Shown: piece after piece, positions 1 to 8,911 of the stretch
Numbering within the stretch: position 1 is the stretch's first letter
How the letters are laid out: every line of letters starts with the position of its first letter
Source: an uncultured virus (IMG/VR IMGVR_UViG_3300044611_000958)
Lineage: Duplodnaviria; Heunggongvirae; Uroviricota; Caudoviricetes
Length of the DNA stretch: 64,000 nt
Virus record (IMG/VR): IMGVR_UViG_3300044611_000958
Strand: one strand, 5' to 3'
The notes under the pieces: generated by a model
What the model saw: the letters and a program-made list of their open reading frames with translations, nothing else
What the model was told of the DNA's origin: nothing
The model's database searches: none
Program-made: the position numbers and the translations under genes

Positions 1-2
1 AC

Positions 3-614
3 ACATCCAAAAACTGGGTTACAAATATTTGGGCCGGTCGCAGGGTAAAGTTTACTGGTGGTGCGGGTGTTTCGCAAGAGGCTACTGTATCATCTAATAC
101 TAGCAACACATTAACTTTTTCAGCCGCCGTATCAACAGCACCAACAAGTAGTAGTACAACTTATTCTATCTTAGCTCCGGTTTCAAAGGGCATAGGTCTT
201 AATTTTACATGGAATTATGGTGTCTCAGACTCTAGCAAAAAAGGTAATCATCTAATTATATCTAGAGGTGGCGGCTCTCTTGGTTTTGAAAGATATAATA
301 TTAATACTGACTCTTGGGACTTGGTTTCGACCACGCCCCAGACGGAAACTCTCACTGGCGGTTCACAATATGCTTATGATGGTAATGATCGTATTTATTT
401 CACTAAAGATTTAACACAAAGATGTTATTATCTAGATTTGGATAGTTATACTATTCATGGGGCCGGATTATTCCCTTATACTCCTGCTACTACAAATACA
501 GCGGTTGTTATTAGCAATAGAATGGAAATCTTCGAAACTCCTGACCATTTAAAGTATTTGTGGGTAAATAGACATAATGCTGCGGAGTGTTTTAGAGCTT
601 TATTATTTTACTAA
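3..614 (+). CDS. 5'-truncated virion/tail-fibre-like protein with a beta-propeller-like C-terminus
   Basis: The frame of the 321..614 ORF is open back to position 3 (TSKNWVTNIWAGRRVKFTGGAG...). It is Ser/Thr/Gly-rich with Kelch-like 'YDGNDRIYF' strands and lies in structural context. Confidence 0.6.
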   Translation, partial: TSKNWVTNIWAGRRVKFTGGAGVSQEATVSSNTSNTLTFSAAVSTAPTSSSTTYSILAPVSKGIGLNFTWNYGVSDSSKKGNHLIISRGGGSLGFERYNINTDSWDLVSTTPQTETLTGGSQYAYDGNDRIYFTKDLTQRCYYLDLDSYTIHGAGLFPYTPATTNTAVVISNRMEIFETPDHLKYLWVNRHNAAECFRALLFY

Positions 615-628
615 TTAAAGGTATAACC

Positions 629-775
629 ATGTTATTATCAGAAGCTCTCAATATTGTTATAAATTTGGCAAAAGAAAAAAATTTAGAACATGAAGGCGTA
701 CCTTCATACAGAAATCTTGAAGCCATTGAACTGATAGAAACATTTATTCTAAACCACACTAATAGCAATCAATAA
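629..775 (+). CDS. small hypothetical protein (48 aa, MLLSEALNIV...)
   Basis: Read by hand; SD-like AAGGT upstream; fills a gap in the operon; not in the ORF track. Confidence 0.55.
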   Translation: MLLSEALNIVINLAKEKNLEHEGVPSYRNLEAIELIETFILNHTNSNQ

Positions 776-778
776 ACC

Positions 779-955
779 ATGTTTGGATACTGCCATCTTC
801 CTTTTAGTACGTCTGCTTCAGATTCTCCATTTTTTAATGGGGAAATTTTTACATTTACACTAAATGTTGGAATAGATAATTCTTTTACATTAAATACAAA
901 CAAATTATTTTCATTTATCTTAAACGTAGAAAAAGATAGTGTAATCATATTATGA
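779..955 (+). CDS. small hypothetical virion-associated protein (58 aa, MFGYCHLPFS...)
   Basis: Read by hand; starts 3 nt after the previous stop; repeated FTLN/FILN beta-strand motifs. Confidence 0.5.
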   Translation: MFGYCHLPFSTSASDSPFFNGEIFTFTLNVGIDNSFTLNTNKLFSFILNVEKDSVIIL

Positions 956-1017
956 ACATAATAGATATATCGCTTAATATTGTTTCCACGTTAGATATTA
1001 ACCTTAAAAGGTAAAAT

Positions 1018-1323
1018 ATGCCCAGCGAAATACATGTAAATGATATTGGAACAAGATTTTTAGCAACAATAAAAGATAATGGAGAAATTGTAAATATATC
1101 CAGCGCAATGCAAGTTCAAATGATTTTTAGGCGTCCAAATGATGACGTTTTTTATAGAGTTGGCACACTATTAAATAGCGGAATAAGCGGACAGGTATAT
1201 TATGACACGACGGCTGGAGACTTGGTAGATTCTGGACTGCACAAACTACAAGCAAAGGTATATTTGCCAAGTGGCACATATTATACAGACATTTATTCTT
1301 TTCAAGTACACTGTAATTTATAG
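1018..1323 (+). CDS. BppU N-terminal-like Ig-fold baseplate/fibre adaptor
   Basis: Pattern DIGT.F...I.D....VNIS.....IF.RP......G.V.Y....GDL...G....Q..V resembles BppU_N/DUF2479-type domains. Confidence 0.6.
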   Translation: MPSEIHVNDIGTRFLATIKDNGEIVNISSAMQVQMIFRRPNDDVFYRVGTLLNSGISGQVYYDTTAGDLVDSGLHKLQAKVYLPSGTYYTDIYSFQVHCNL

Positions 1324-1331
1324 GTATTATT

Positions 1332-1853
1332 ATGTCATGGCAAGGTCAAATTTCTACTATAGTTCGACACTTAATCAACGACGTTGACCCATTAAGCTAT
1401 AAATATTCTGCCCATAGGCTAGAATCTGCCATTTTGGTAGCAGCCCACCTACTAACAACTGAAACTGATTTAAAGCAACAATATTCTATAAATGTAGAAC
1501 AATGCGCACTTACCCCAGACCCAACGGACTTAGAGACAAAAGATGATGATTTTATAACTTTAGTTAGTTTCAAGTGCGCGTGTATTATATTAGGAGGAGA
1601 AGTTAGGTCGGAGGCTGGTAATGCTATTTCGATAAAAGACGGCCCTTCTGCTATAGACTTGAGAGGCGTGTCTGGCACACTTATGTCATTATATAAAGAT
1701 TTATGTGAAAAGTATGATCAAATTTTATTAGAATATCGCGCTGGGAGTAGTATTGGCGGTCACGCGATACTTGGTCCATATTCTCCCGGTGCTGATTATA
1801 TAACAAGAAATCATAGCAATTTTGATCATAGAGGTGGATATTTTAATTACTAA
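1332..1853 (+). CDS. putative head-tail connector/adaptor
   Basis: Helical 173-aa protein with 'VRHLINDVD...YS...L' N-terminus typical of head completion adaptors; position upstream of neck/tail genes. Confidence 0.5.
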   Translation: MSWQGQISTIVRHLINDVDPLSYKYSAHRLESAILVAAHLLTTETDLKQQYSINVEQCALTPDPTDLETKDDDFITLVSFKCACIILGGEVRSEAGNAISIKDGPSAIDLRGVSGTLMSLYKDLCEKYDQILLEYRAGSSIGGHAILGPYSPGADYITRNHSNFDHRGGYFNY

Positions 1854-1864
1854 AGGAGATACTG

Positions 1865-2872
1865 ATGGCAATTTTAAATATTGGTAACACAAACACACAA
1901 GGAACTATTACATATAATATAGTTACCGATTTAGCTGATAATAACGCTGGCAATATATCCGCCAGAGATGTTAGACAGAATTTATTAGATTTGGCACAAT
2001 CTATTATTCCTAATGTGTCTAGTGGGGATTTTTTAGCAGCTAATCCGTTTGTGAAAAATATTAGATTAAAAGTTCATGACGATTTAAATCAAAGAGACAA
2101 CACCGGATGTGTTATTGTAGAGTCTGGAATTATATTTAATAACGGTGTTGCTGACCCGTCTGTAACTCAAATTCTCCCATATCCCGGTCCAAGTGGTATT
2201 AATCATAACAGTTTGGCCAATCTAGGCGTTGGCAATCCGCACCCACAATATATTCCTGTCTCTGGCGGTCTTTTTATTGGCAATGTTGGCTTAGCAAGTG
2301 GTTATTGGTTAAATTCGCGCGGGGCTAATATACAAAATAGAGTAGGCGTTAGATTTTCATCTGTAGATTTTGATGAAGAATTATTGCATGTTGGATCTGG
2401 CACTTCTATTAGGTTTGATAAAGACAGATCGGTAATGTCTAGCGCTCTCGGTGTTGCAAAAGCTTGGATTAATTTTTCTGCGACCGCTCAGAACCAACTT
2501 GAGCTAGATAGTCCCAACTTTATAAGTGTAAATAATGCATATAATATTTCGGCTATAGAAAGAGTAACAGAAAACGGCAGCGGTCAGAGAGGTAAATTTA
2601 AAATTTATTTTACCACTGGCTTGTTTGATAGTGCTGGTGACTATGTTGCTATTGGTTTAAGTAATGCTAGAAACAGCAATTCTAACCCAACCGATTTCGA
2701 CATCAACACGGTTGGCGTAGTAGAAAGAAGCACAAACCACGTTACGTTTTATGTATTAGATAGAGATGCTAATTATATAGACGCCGAAGTAAATGATCTT
2801 GTCGTGTTTGGTTCTACTAGCGGTGTTACAAATAACGCAAATTTGGTTACCAAGAGAATTGGCCCAGCTTAA
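1865..2872 (+). CDS. virion fibre-like protein
   Basis: C-terminal 'AKAWINF...YNISAI...G.FKIYF' motif typical of phage tail-fibre C-terminal domains; SD AAGGAG. Confidence 0.6.
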   Translation: MAILNIGNTNTQGTITYNIVTDLADNNAGNISARDVRQNLLDLAQSIIPNVSSGDFLAANPFVKNIRLKVHDDLNQRDNTGCVIVESGIIFNNGVADPSVTQILPYPGPSGINHNSLANLGVGNPHPQYIPVSGGLFIGNVGLASGYWLNSRGANIQNRVGVRFSSVDFDEELLHVGSGTSIRFDKDRSVMSSALGVAKAWINFSATAQNQLELDSPNFISVNNAYNISAIERVTENGSGQRGKFKIYFTTGLFDSAGDYVAIGLSNARNSNSNPTDFDINTVGVVERSTNHVTFYVLDRDANYIDAEVNDLVVFGSTSGVTNNANLVTKRIGPA

Positions 2873-2884
2873 TAAAGGATCAAC

Positions 2885-4348
2885 ATGAGCAATATTGTTA
2901 ATATCTATGATAGAATAAAGCAATTAAGTTTTACAACTTCTACTAATAATATTGAACTCGCAAATAGTGTTAGCGGGTTTGATGATTTTAGGTCTGTCTA
3001 TGCTCATAATGACATTGTGTTATACGCAATTACTGACGGCTTAGATTATGAAGTTGGGTCTGGTGTTTTTAAGAACAAAGATCATAATTCTATCGATGAG
3101 TATAATTATGATACCATCATTAGATATCCTATAAAAAGTAGTAACAATAATAACAAGGTTTCTTTTGGTCCCGGAGCAAAAGAAGTATTTTGCACATACC
3201 CAGCAACACATGCTGTATATATTGGTTCTGGTTTAGGTTTAAGCACCCCAGCGAAGAACGGCGTGGCTTTTTGGGACTCTGCGAATATTTTAAATTATAG
3301 TTCTAATTTTTATTGGGATAATAATAATTCTTTACTTGGCATTAAAAACTCATTACCATCATTCGCTGTTGATATTGGTGGCACCGGCGATGCATCTTCT
3401 TGCGTAAGAGCCTCTGGATATTATGTTGGATCAACTGGAGTTTATTTTTCTCCTAGAGACACATACACCGGCGGCACTCAAATTTATCATTTTGAGAGAA
3501 ACCAACTTAATCAAAGCACTGGTTCTGACTTGATATTTCAACTAAGCGGTATAGTAAATCAAAATATACTACTTAAAAAACAGGCCGGAAACACAGTACT
3601 TGCTGGACCAACAGTTAGTTGTCAAGGCTGTCCAAGCGAATATCCATCTTTTAGAGTTTTAGTTTCTGGCGACATACCAGACTTATCTGCAATATATTCA
3701 ACTAGATCTTTGTTAAATTCTACTTCTGGTAATTTAAGAGCCGCCATTGATGGTTTAGGTTCTTCTTTATCTGGTAATTTTACAACTTTTCAGAACCAAG
3801 TTAATAGTGGCGTGGCGTCTACGTTGTCCTCGTTTGAAAATGATTTTGATTCTCAGATCACGGCTCAGTCTGGCTTAATTGATAATTTTATTACTACATC
3901 GTCTGGAAGAATAGATAATGTTGTTAACACATTTAGCCCAGAATTTTGCAGCGTTGTTGGGTCTGGATCAGATTTATATTCTTCCGGCCCAAACAATCAA
4001 ACAAGCTATACAACATTTCCATTTGCTTATGTAGAGACAGAAGCTAAGTCTGGAAACTGGGATTTGTCTAATTCTAGATATAATGTTACCAAAAGCGGTG
4101 TCTATTTAGTTACTGCAAATATGGCTTTAAGAAATGTTGGAGCTTCTTTTGGGGTTCCTAAATATAGAATTTGTAAAACTTCTGGTGGAAGCACTACTAA
4201 TTATTTAGAAGTAGACATGAGTGTTCCTTCTGGCGCATATCACTCATCTAAATCTTGGATGGTGCCATCTAATTCTGGTGATTATATATTTTTACAATAT
4301 CAAGGCTATTTCTTTAATGGTTCTAGCATGACAATTCATAGGATATAA
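2885..4348 (+). CDS. tail-fibre/adhesin with coiled coil and C-terminal C1q/TNF-like domain
   Basis: N-terminal 'DRIKQ...YAITDG.DYEVG.G' fibre-anchor-like region, central heptad-like segment, C-terminal 'FPF......NWD...SRY...KSGVYLVTANM' C1q-like pattern. Confidence 0.6.
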   Translation: MSNIVNIYDRIKQLSFTTSTNNIELANSVSGFDDFRSVYAHNDIVLYAITDGLDYEVGSGVFKNKDHNSIDEYNYDTIIRYPIKSSNNNNKVSFGPGAKEVFCTYPATHAVYIGSGLGLSTPAKNGVAFWDSANILNYSSNFYWDNNNSLLGIKNSLPSFAVDIGGTGDASSCVRASGYYVGSTGVYFSPRDTYTGGTQIYHFERNQLNQSTGSDLIFQLSGIVNQNILLKKQAGNTVLAGPTVSCQGCPSEYPSFRVLVSGDIPDLSAIYSTRSLLNSTSGNLRAAIDGLGSSLSGNFTTFQNQVNSGVASTLSSFENDFDSQITAQSGLIDNFITTSSGRIDNVVNTFSPEFCSVVGSGSDLYSSGPNNQTSYTTFPFAYVETEAKSGNWDLSNSRYNVTKSGVYLVTANMALRNVGASFGVPKYRICKTSGGSTTNYLEVDMSVPSGAYHSSKSWMVPSNSGDYIFLQYQGYFFNGSSMTIHRI

Positions 4349-4350
4349 CA

Positions 4351-4833
4351 ATGGGTTTAACCATACCAGAATCTGTTTTTACTAAATATTATGAGATAAT
4401 AGATTCTACATTTGACATTTTTGGTGTTACATGTCAATTAGTATCAATTGAAAAAAAAGAGGAAGTTTCATACATTCCAGATAATAATTTCCCAGATAGA
4501 AATTCTATCAACGATCACAGGCGCGGTGGTGGAAATAGAAATAGAGGAAATGTAACCATTAAAGAAGTTGAAATAATAACTGATATTAAGTTAAAAGTAT
4601 ACTGGGACAATAAGCAGTGGATTAGAATATCTGAAAACTTAGTTGTGCCAGACGCCTCAATACAAACTATATTCTTTTTAGAAGATCTGCCAAAGATATT
4701 GAGGGCTAAATATTTAATTGTTCATAAAGATATTAAAGACTATAAAGAAATTAGATTCGAAAGAGTTGGTGAATATATCCCACTAGGATTAAGACAAAAT
4801 AAATATGCTGCATGTTTTTGGAAAAGAGTATGA
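4351..4833 (+). CDS. putative head closure/neck protein
   Basis: 160-aa beta-rich protein in the neck gene position. Confidence 0.45.
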   Translation: MGLTIPESVFTKYYEIIDSTFDIFGVTCQLVSIEKKEEVSYIPDNNFPDRNSINDHRRGGGNRNRGNVTIKEVEIITDIKLKVYWDNKQWIRISENLVVPDASIQTIFFLEDLPKILRAKYLIVHKDIKDYKEIRFERVGEYIPLGLRQNKYAACFWKRV

Positions 4834-5447
4834 TTACTTTAAGATTAACAGACTCTATACCAAATATTTCTCGCGATATCAATAGAGCAATTGCAGAAGA
4901 ATTAAACAATAGAGCAAGACCAAAAATTATAGATTTAACAAAAAATATCAAAACTCTTACCTTTAATGCTATAGAGTCTCAACCAGAGATACAATCTTTA
5001 AGGGATGGGATTTTAAAAGGAGCTTTTGGAATTATAGATTCTACTTTGGCAATAAATAATATTCAACAGTCTATTATAAATAGTATAGATGTAAGATTTA
5101 AAGCTTTTGATGATAACTTGAGAGGTGGCGTATCCATCAATATACAACCGGCCTCTTTTAGTAATCTCTTATCACTACAAGAAGGATTTACTAAATATTC
5201 TGGAGGCACTCTTCATTGGCTGGAGTGGTTATTACTAAGGGGAGATTCCGTAATAATTGTTGATTATCAGTATAATCCTAAAATTGGTTTAGGAAGAAGT
5301 AATCTTGGAAACATGGTTGGTGGTGGTTCTTTTAGAGTGCCGCCACAGTTCTCTGGTTCAGAAAGTGATAATTTTATTACTAGGGCGCTATCAAGCGAAG
5401 CGATTGAAAGCCAAATATCTCAAATGCTTGAAGAGGTAATATCATGA
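4830..5447 (+). CDS. putative neck/tail completion protein (HK97 gp10-like position)
   Basis: Start refined to ATG 4830 (ATGA overlap). Ends in 'DNFITRAL', similar to the PF(L/I)RPA-type ends of neck proteins; synteny. Confidence 0.45.
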   Translation: MITLRLTDSIPNISRDINRAIAEELNNRARPKIIDLTKNIKTLTFNAIESQPEIQSLRDGILKGAFGIIDSTLAINNIQQSIINSIDVRFKAFDDNLRGGVSINIQPASFSNLLSLQEGFTKYSGGTLHWLEWLLLRGDSVIIVDYQYNPKIGLGRSNLGNMVGGGSFRVPPQFSGSESDNFITRALSSEAIESQISQMLEEVIS

Positions 5448-6391
5448 ATACCCTACGTGGCTTTAATAGCGTTTTTGATACGACTATTAATAATGAAATT
5501 CAGGATAATATAATAGAATTTTTAGATTGGGGTTTACTTGAAAAGGGTAATTATTTTAATGTACATCTTGGAGAACTAGACTCAAGCAATAGGGACATAT
5601 CAAGATTAAATATATCTAATAGTGAGCATTTTGCTCCCGGCAAAGCTTGGGAAAGTTTGCATAAAAACTGGGTGTGGCAGAGTGGTATAAATTATAATCC
5701 TCCACCAGTTGTTGGAAATAACCATTCTATTCCGGGTATCTCTGGAGTTTATATAAATAATGTATTTTATCCATCTAATACCACCGGTCCATATTCGCAC
5801 AAGGTTGATTATTTTAATGGGCGCATAATATTTGATTCCCCAATTCCTACCGGCAGCAAAGTTCAAGCTGAATATAGTTATAAATATATAAATATCGTTT
5901 ATGCAAACTCTGTTCCTTGGCTTAGAGAAATTGAAAATAGGTCTATATTAGAAAACAAACAGGTGCAAAATTCTCTACCAAGCGAAATGACAATACAGCT
6001 TCCATGTATCGCCGTTGAAATAGCCGCAAAAAGAACAATGAAAGGTTTTCAATTGGGCGGTGGTCAATATATAAATACTGATATTTTGTTCCACTGTATA
6101 GCTGAAGATGATATTACTAGAAATACATTAATAGATATTATTTCTTACCAAAATGATAGATCTATTGTTATATTTAATACTGAAGCCATGGCAAACGATA
6201 ATGCGTTTCCTGTCAATATATATGGCTATCCAGTTTCTGGAGCTTTAACATATCCTGAAATTGTATCAAAATATCCAGGATATCATATGTTTTTAAAAAA
6301 TCTAAACGTTCAGGACGCGCTTACAATCAACTCTAACCTTTACGTTAGTGTGATTAGGTTAACCACGGAAATTATCGCAAATCAATTATAA
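5444..6391 (+). CDS. putative tail terminator protein
   Basis: 'LPCIAVE...DILFHCIAEDDITRNTLIDII' pattern typical of tail terminators; immediately upstream of the tube gene. Confidence 0.55.
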   Translation: MNTLRGFNSVFDTTINNEIQDNIIEFLDWGLLEKGNYFNVHLGELDSSNRDISRLNISNSEHFAPGKAWESLHKNWVWQSGINYNPPPVVGNNHSIPGISGVYINNVFYPSNTTGPYSHKVDYFNGRIIFDSPIPTGSKVQAEYSYKYINIVYANSVPWLREIENRSILENKQVQNSLPSEMTIQLPCIAVEIAAKRTMKGFQLGGGQYINTDILFHCIAEDDITRNTLIDIISYQNDRSIVIFNTEAMANDNAFPVNIYGYPVSGALTYPEIVSKYPGYHMFLKNLNVQDALTINSNLYVSVIRLTTEIIANQL

Positions 6392-6394
6392 ATT

Positions 6395-6404
6395 GTGTAT
6401 TATA
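6395..6404 (+). promoter_or_regulatory. putative late promoter motif GTGTATTATA
   Basis: Intergenic, upstream of the tail tube gene; GTGTATWWWW recurs upstream of other genes (38827, 28133, 52127 minus). Confidence 0.55.
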
Positions 6405-6446
6405 AATTAGAGCTACACGCTAACAATATTCACTAGGAGTATAAAT

Positions 6447-7508
6447 ATGAGTACTGGTCAAAATAGAGTGTTTTATGCCTGTCAGGCTGTTGGCATGGCT
6501 GGAAACTATGGTGCAGAAAAATATATTGAAGGTGTTCAGTCTGTTGGTATTAATACAACATTTGATTTTGAACAGTCATTTGAGCTAGGCGTATTAACAA
6601 TCTACGAAAACATTGAAGGCGTACCATCTGTAGAAGTAACAATGGAACGCAATTTAGTATCTGGCGTTGAGCCTCTTTGGAATAGTATTTCTAGAATTGG
6701 CCGCACTGCCACCGGTAATAGTACTAATACAACTGTTCCTTCAGAACAGGTTTTGGCAGTAGGCGAAGCTAGACCCAGCGTAGCTTTACAGGTATATAGA
6801 GAAAATACCACACTTGCCGGAAATGGCACTGGCTCTTTTAGCGTTAAAATGTCTGGCATGTACTTAAGTAATTATACTATTAATGTTGGAGTTGATGGAC
6901 CGGCCACCGAATCTTTAACCTTAACTGGTAATGATTACAAATGGGAAAAAGCTACTTCAAACAGTCTTAGTGTAGGCCCAACAACAACGACGGGCCTTAC
7001 TTCTGCAAGCGGTGTTGTTTGGAAGAGACAAAATCTAAATACAGCTATTTTAGCAGGACATGTTCCAAATGGACACATATATGGCACTGGACTACAAAGC
7101 ATCAGCGTTAGCATTGACTTTGGAAGAGAAGATATCTTTGAATTAGGGAAAAAGAATCCTTATTATAAATCTCCAACCTATCCAGTAGAAGTTAGCACAG
7201 ATATTGAGTTTATTGAGACAAATACTGTAACAAGAGATTACGGTCCTGCAAATTGGACACAAGATAGCACGGCAGACGTTACTAGAAATACAGTGCTTGG
7301 ATTTGTAATTGGAAACATTGGTGTTTTTATGGGTTCTGGAAATAGACTTACTGGAACTAGCACGACCGGTGGAGATGCTGGCGGCGGTAATTCTACAATT
7401 ACATTTAATTATCAAACATTTAATGAACTAGCAGTTGCTTGTAGTAGTGGTACTGCGAGTGCGCATTATAATAAAAACAACGCATCCGGTATCGCCCCTT
7501 GGATGTAA
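6447..7508 (+). CDS. major tail tube protein
   Basis: Beta-rich, with two 'QSV.I...F..E..FELG' repeats; strong SD AGGAG; own promoter motif; lies between the tail terminator gene and the chaperones/TMP. Confidence 0.7.
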   Translation: MSTGQNRVFYACQAVGMAGNYGAEKYIEGVQSVGINTTFDFEQSFELGVLTIYENIEGVPSVEVTMERNLVSGVEPLWNSISRIGRTATGNSTNTTVPSEQVLAVGEARPSVALQVYRENTTLAGNGTGSFSVKMSGMYLSNYTINVGVDGPATESLTLTGNDYKWEKATSNSLSVGPTTTTGLTSASGVVWKRQNLNTAILAGHVPNGHIYGTGLQSISVSIDFGREDIFELGKKNPYYKSPTYPVEVSTDIEFIETNTVTRDYGPANWTQDSTADVTRNTVLGFVIGNIGVFMGSGNRLTGTSTTGGDAGGGNSTITFNYQTFNELAVACSSGTASAHYNKNNASGIAPWM

Positions 7509-7528
7509 AGGGAATTTCATAAATTGGA

Positions 7529-7586
7529 AAACAAGACTCCCGTTATAAGATTTCTATGGAACATCATGTGCGGGAGTTTCTTGTTT
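7529..7586 (+). promoter_or_regulatory. RNA stem-loop enclosing the start codon of the 7556 gene
   Basis: AAACAAG-ACTCCCG (7529-7542) pairs with CGGGAGT-TT-CTTGTTT (7571-7586); ATG 7556 lies in the loop. Confidence 0.55.
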
Positions 7587-8575
7587 CTCAAATAAAACTA
7601 GGAATAATATATAACGAAAATTTTATTATACAGCCATTTAAGACGTTGGATTTGGTAAGATCCCACAGGATATATGAAAAATCATATGATGACTGTCTAA
7701 TAAATGGGATTATGACCAACGACGAGACTTTGGAGTGGTTAAAGTCCGAAGGCTTATGGACAGATACTCAGGAACAGGATATTAAAAATTCTCAGGATAA
7801 TATTGAAAATATTAAATTAGAAATGTTCAAAAGTTCTCTTAATAAAAATAAAGTAGAAACTTTGCGAAAGCAATTGAGGGGAATAGAAAAGGCTTTAATA
7901 AAAGCATCTTCTTATAAATATTCATTGCTTCAAAATACTTGCGAAACAAATGCTGAGCATGACCAAAAAACCTGGGTCATACTTAGAAGCATTAAAGTAA
8001 AAAATAGAAATTTTTCTGTAGAAGATAATATCAGCACTATATACAGTGTATATCAACAGAATCTATTAAGCGACAAGGATATCAGAGAACTTGCAAGATC
8101 TGAGCCGTGGCATTCGCTATGGACAGTTTCAGAAAAAGGAAAAATCCCACTATTTAAATCCTACAAGGATAGAGAAATTACCTATAACCAAAGAAATTTA
8201 TTATTATGGTCACAAACCTATGACAACATACAAGAGTCTATTGAGTGTCCAGATAGAGATATTATAGAGGACGATGATTTACTAGATGGGTGGTTTATAT
8301 TACAGGCCAGAGAGAGGAAAAATGAGAAGAAGAAGAAATTATTAGATCAGTCTACAAATAATGATAAGATCAATAATTCTTCTGAGGTTTTTATTGTTAG
8401 CGATTCTCAGGAACACGCCAATGAAATACAAAACTTAAATGATAGCAAAAGCAAAATGGTTCTTAAGCAAAGAATGTCTAAACTAGATGCTATTGGATCT
8501 TCTGATTTTTATGATTTTGAGGATAAAAAACTAGAAGTTATCAACGAGGCCGTAAAGGCAAAGAGAGGAAAATAA
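7556..8575 (+). CDS. putative tail assembly chaperone (paralog A)
   Basis: Helical, charged, between tube and TMP; aligns by eye with the 8912 protein. Confidence 0.5.
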   Translation: MEHHVREFLVSQIKLGIIYNENFIIQPFKTLDLVRSHRIYEKSYDDCLINGIMTNDETLEWLKSEGLWTDTQEQDIKNSQDNIENIKLEMFKSSLNKNKVETLRKQLRGIEKALIKASSYKYSLLQNTCETNAEHDQKTWVILRSIKVKNRNFSVEDNISTIYSVYQQNLLSDKDIRELARSEPWHSLWTVSEKGKIPLFKSYKDREITYNQRNLLLWSQTYDNIQESIECPDRDIIEDDDLLDGWFILQARERKNEKKKKLLDQSTNNDKINNSSEVFIVSDSQEHANEIQNLNDSKSKMVLKQRMSKLDAIGSSDFYDFEDKKLEVINEAVKAKRGK

Positions 8576-8576
8576 A

Positions 8577-8909
8577 ATGGATATGAAAAAATATATTTCT
8601 ACTAGAGAAGAAAAATATAATGCGCAATCTAAGGACCGTCTTGGTAAGATTTTAAAAAAGAAAATAGAAACAACAATGATAGGTGCTTTAAGCTCTTTAG
8701 AAGAAAATTTTAAGTTTTTATGGGACGGAGAGACTAAAGAAGATAAGGCTATGTTTGAAATTTATCAAAAGATTAGATCTGAAATTTTAGACAAGGGCAA
8801 TAGACAAATTAGAAATATAGATAGTGAACTCGCCCAATATACAGTAACGTGGAATAGATATACATATAATATGCCAGTAGTTTTTAAGAATGAAACAGGA
8901 GGACAATAA
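8577..8909 (+). CDS. hypothetical protein (tail assembly region)
   Basis: 110-aa helical ORF with SD GAGG. Confidence 0.5.
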   Translation: MDMKKYISTREEKYNAQSKDRLGKILKKKIETTMIGALSSLEENFKFLWDGETKEDKAMFEIYQKIRSEILDKGNRQIRNIDSELAQYTVTWNRYTYNMPVVFKNETGGQ

Positions 8910-8911
8910 AA

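Noticed and set aside
6395..6418. GTGTA...TACAC inverted repeat at the tail tube promoter
   Set aside because: Only 5-6 bp and it does not cover the SD; probably chance, unlike the longer SD-covering stem at the HNH gene.
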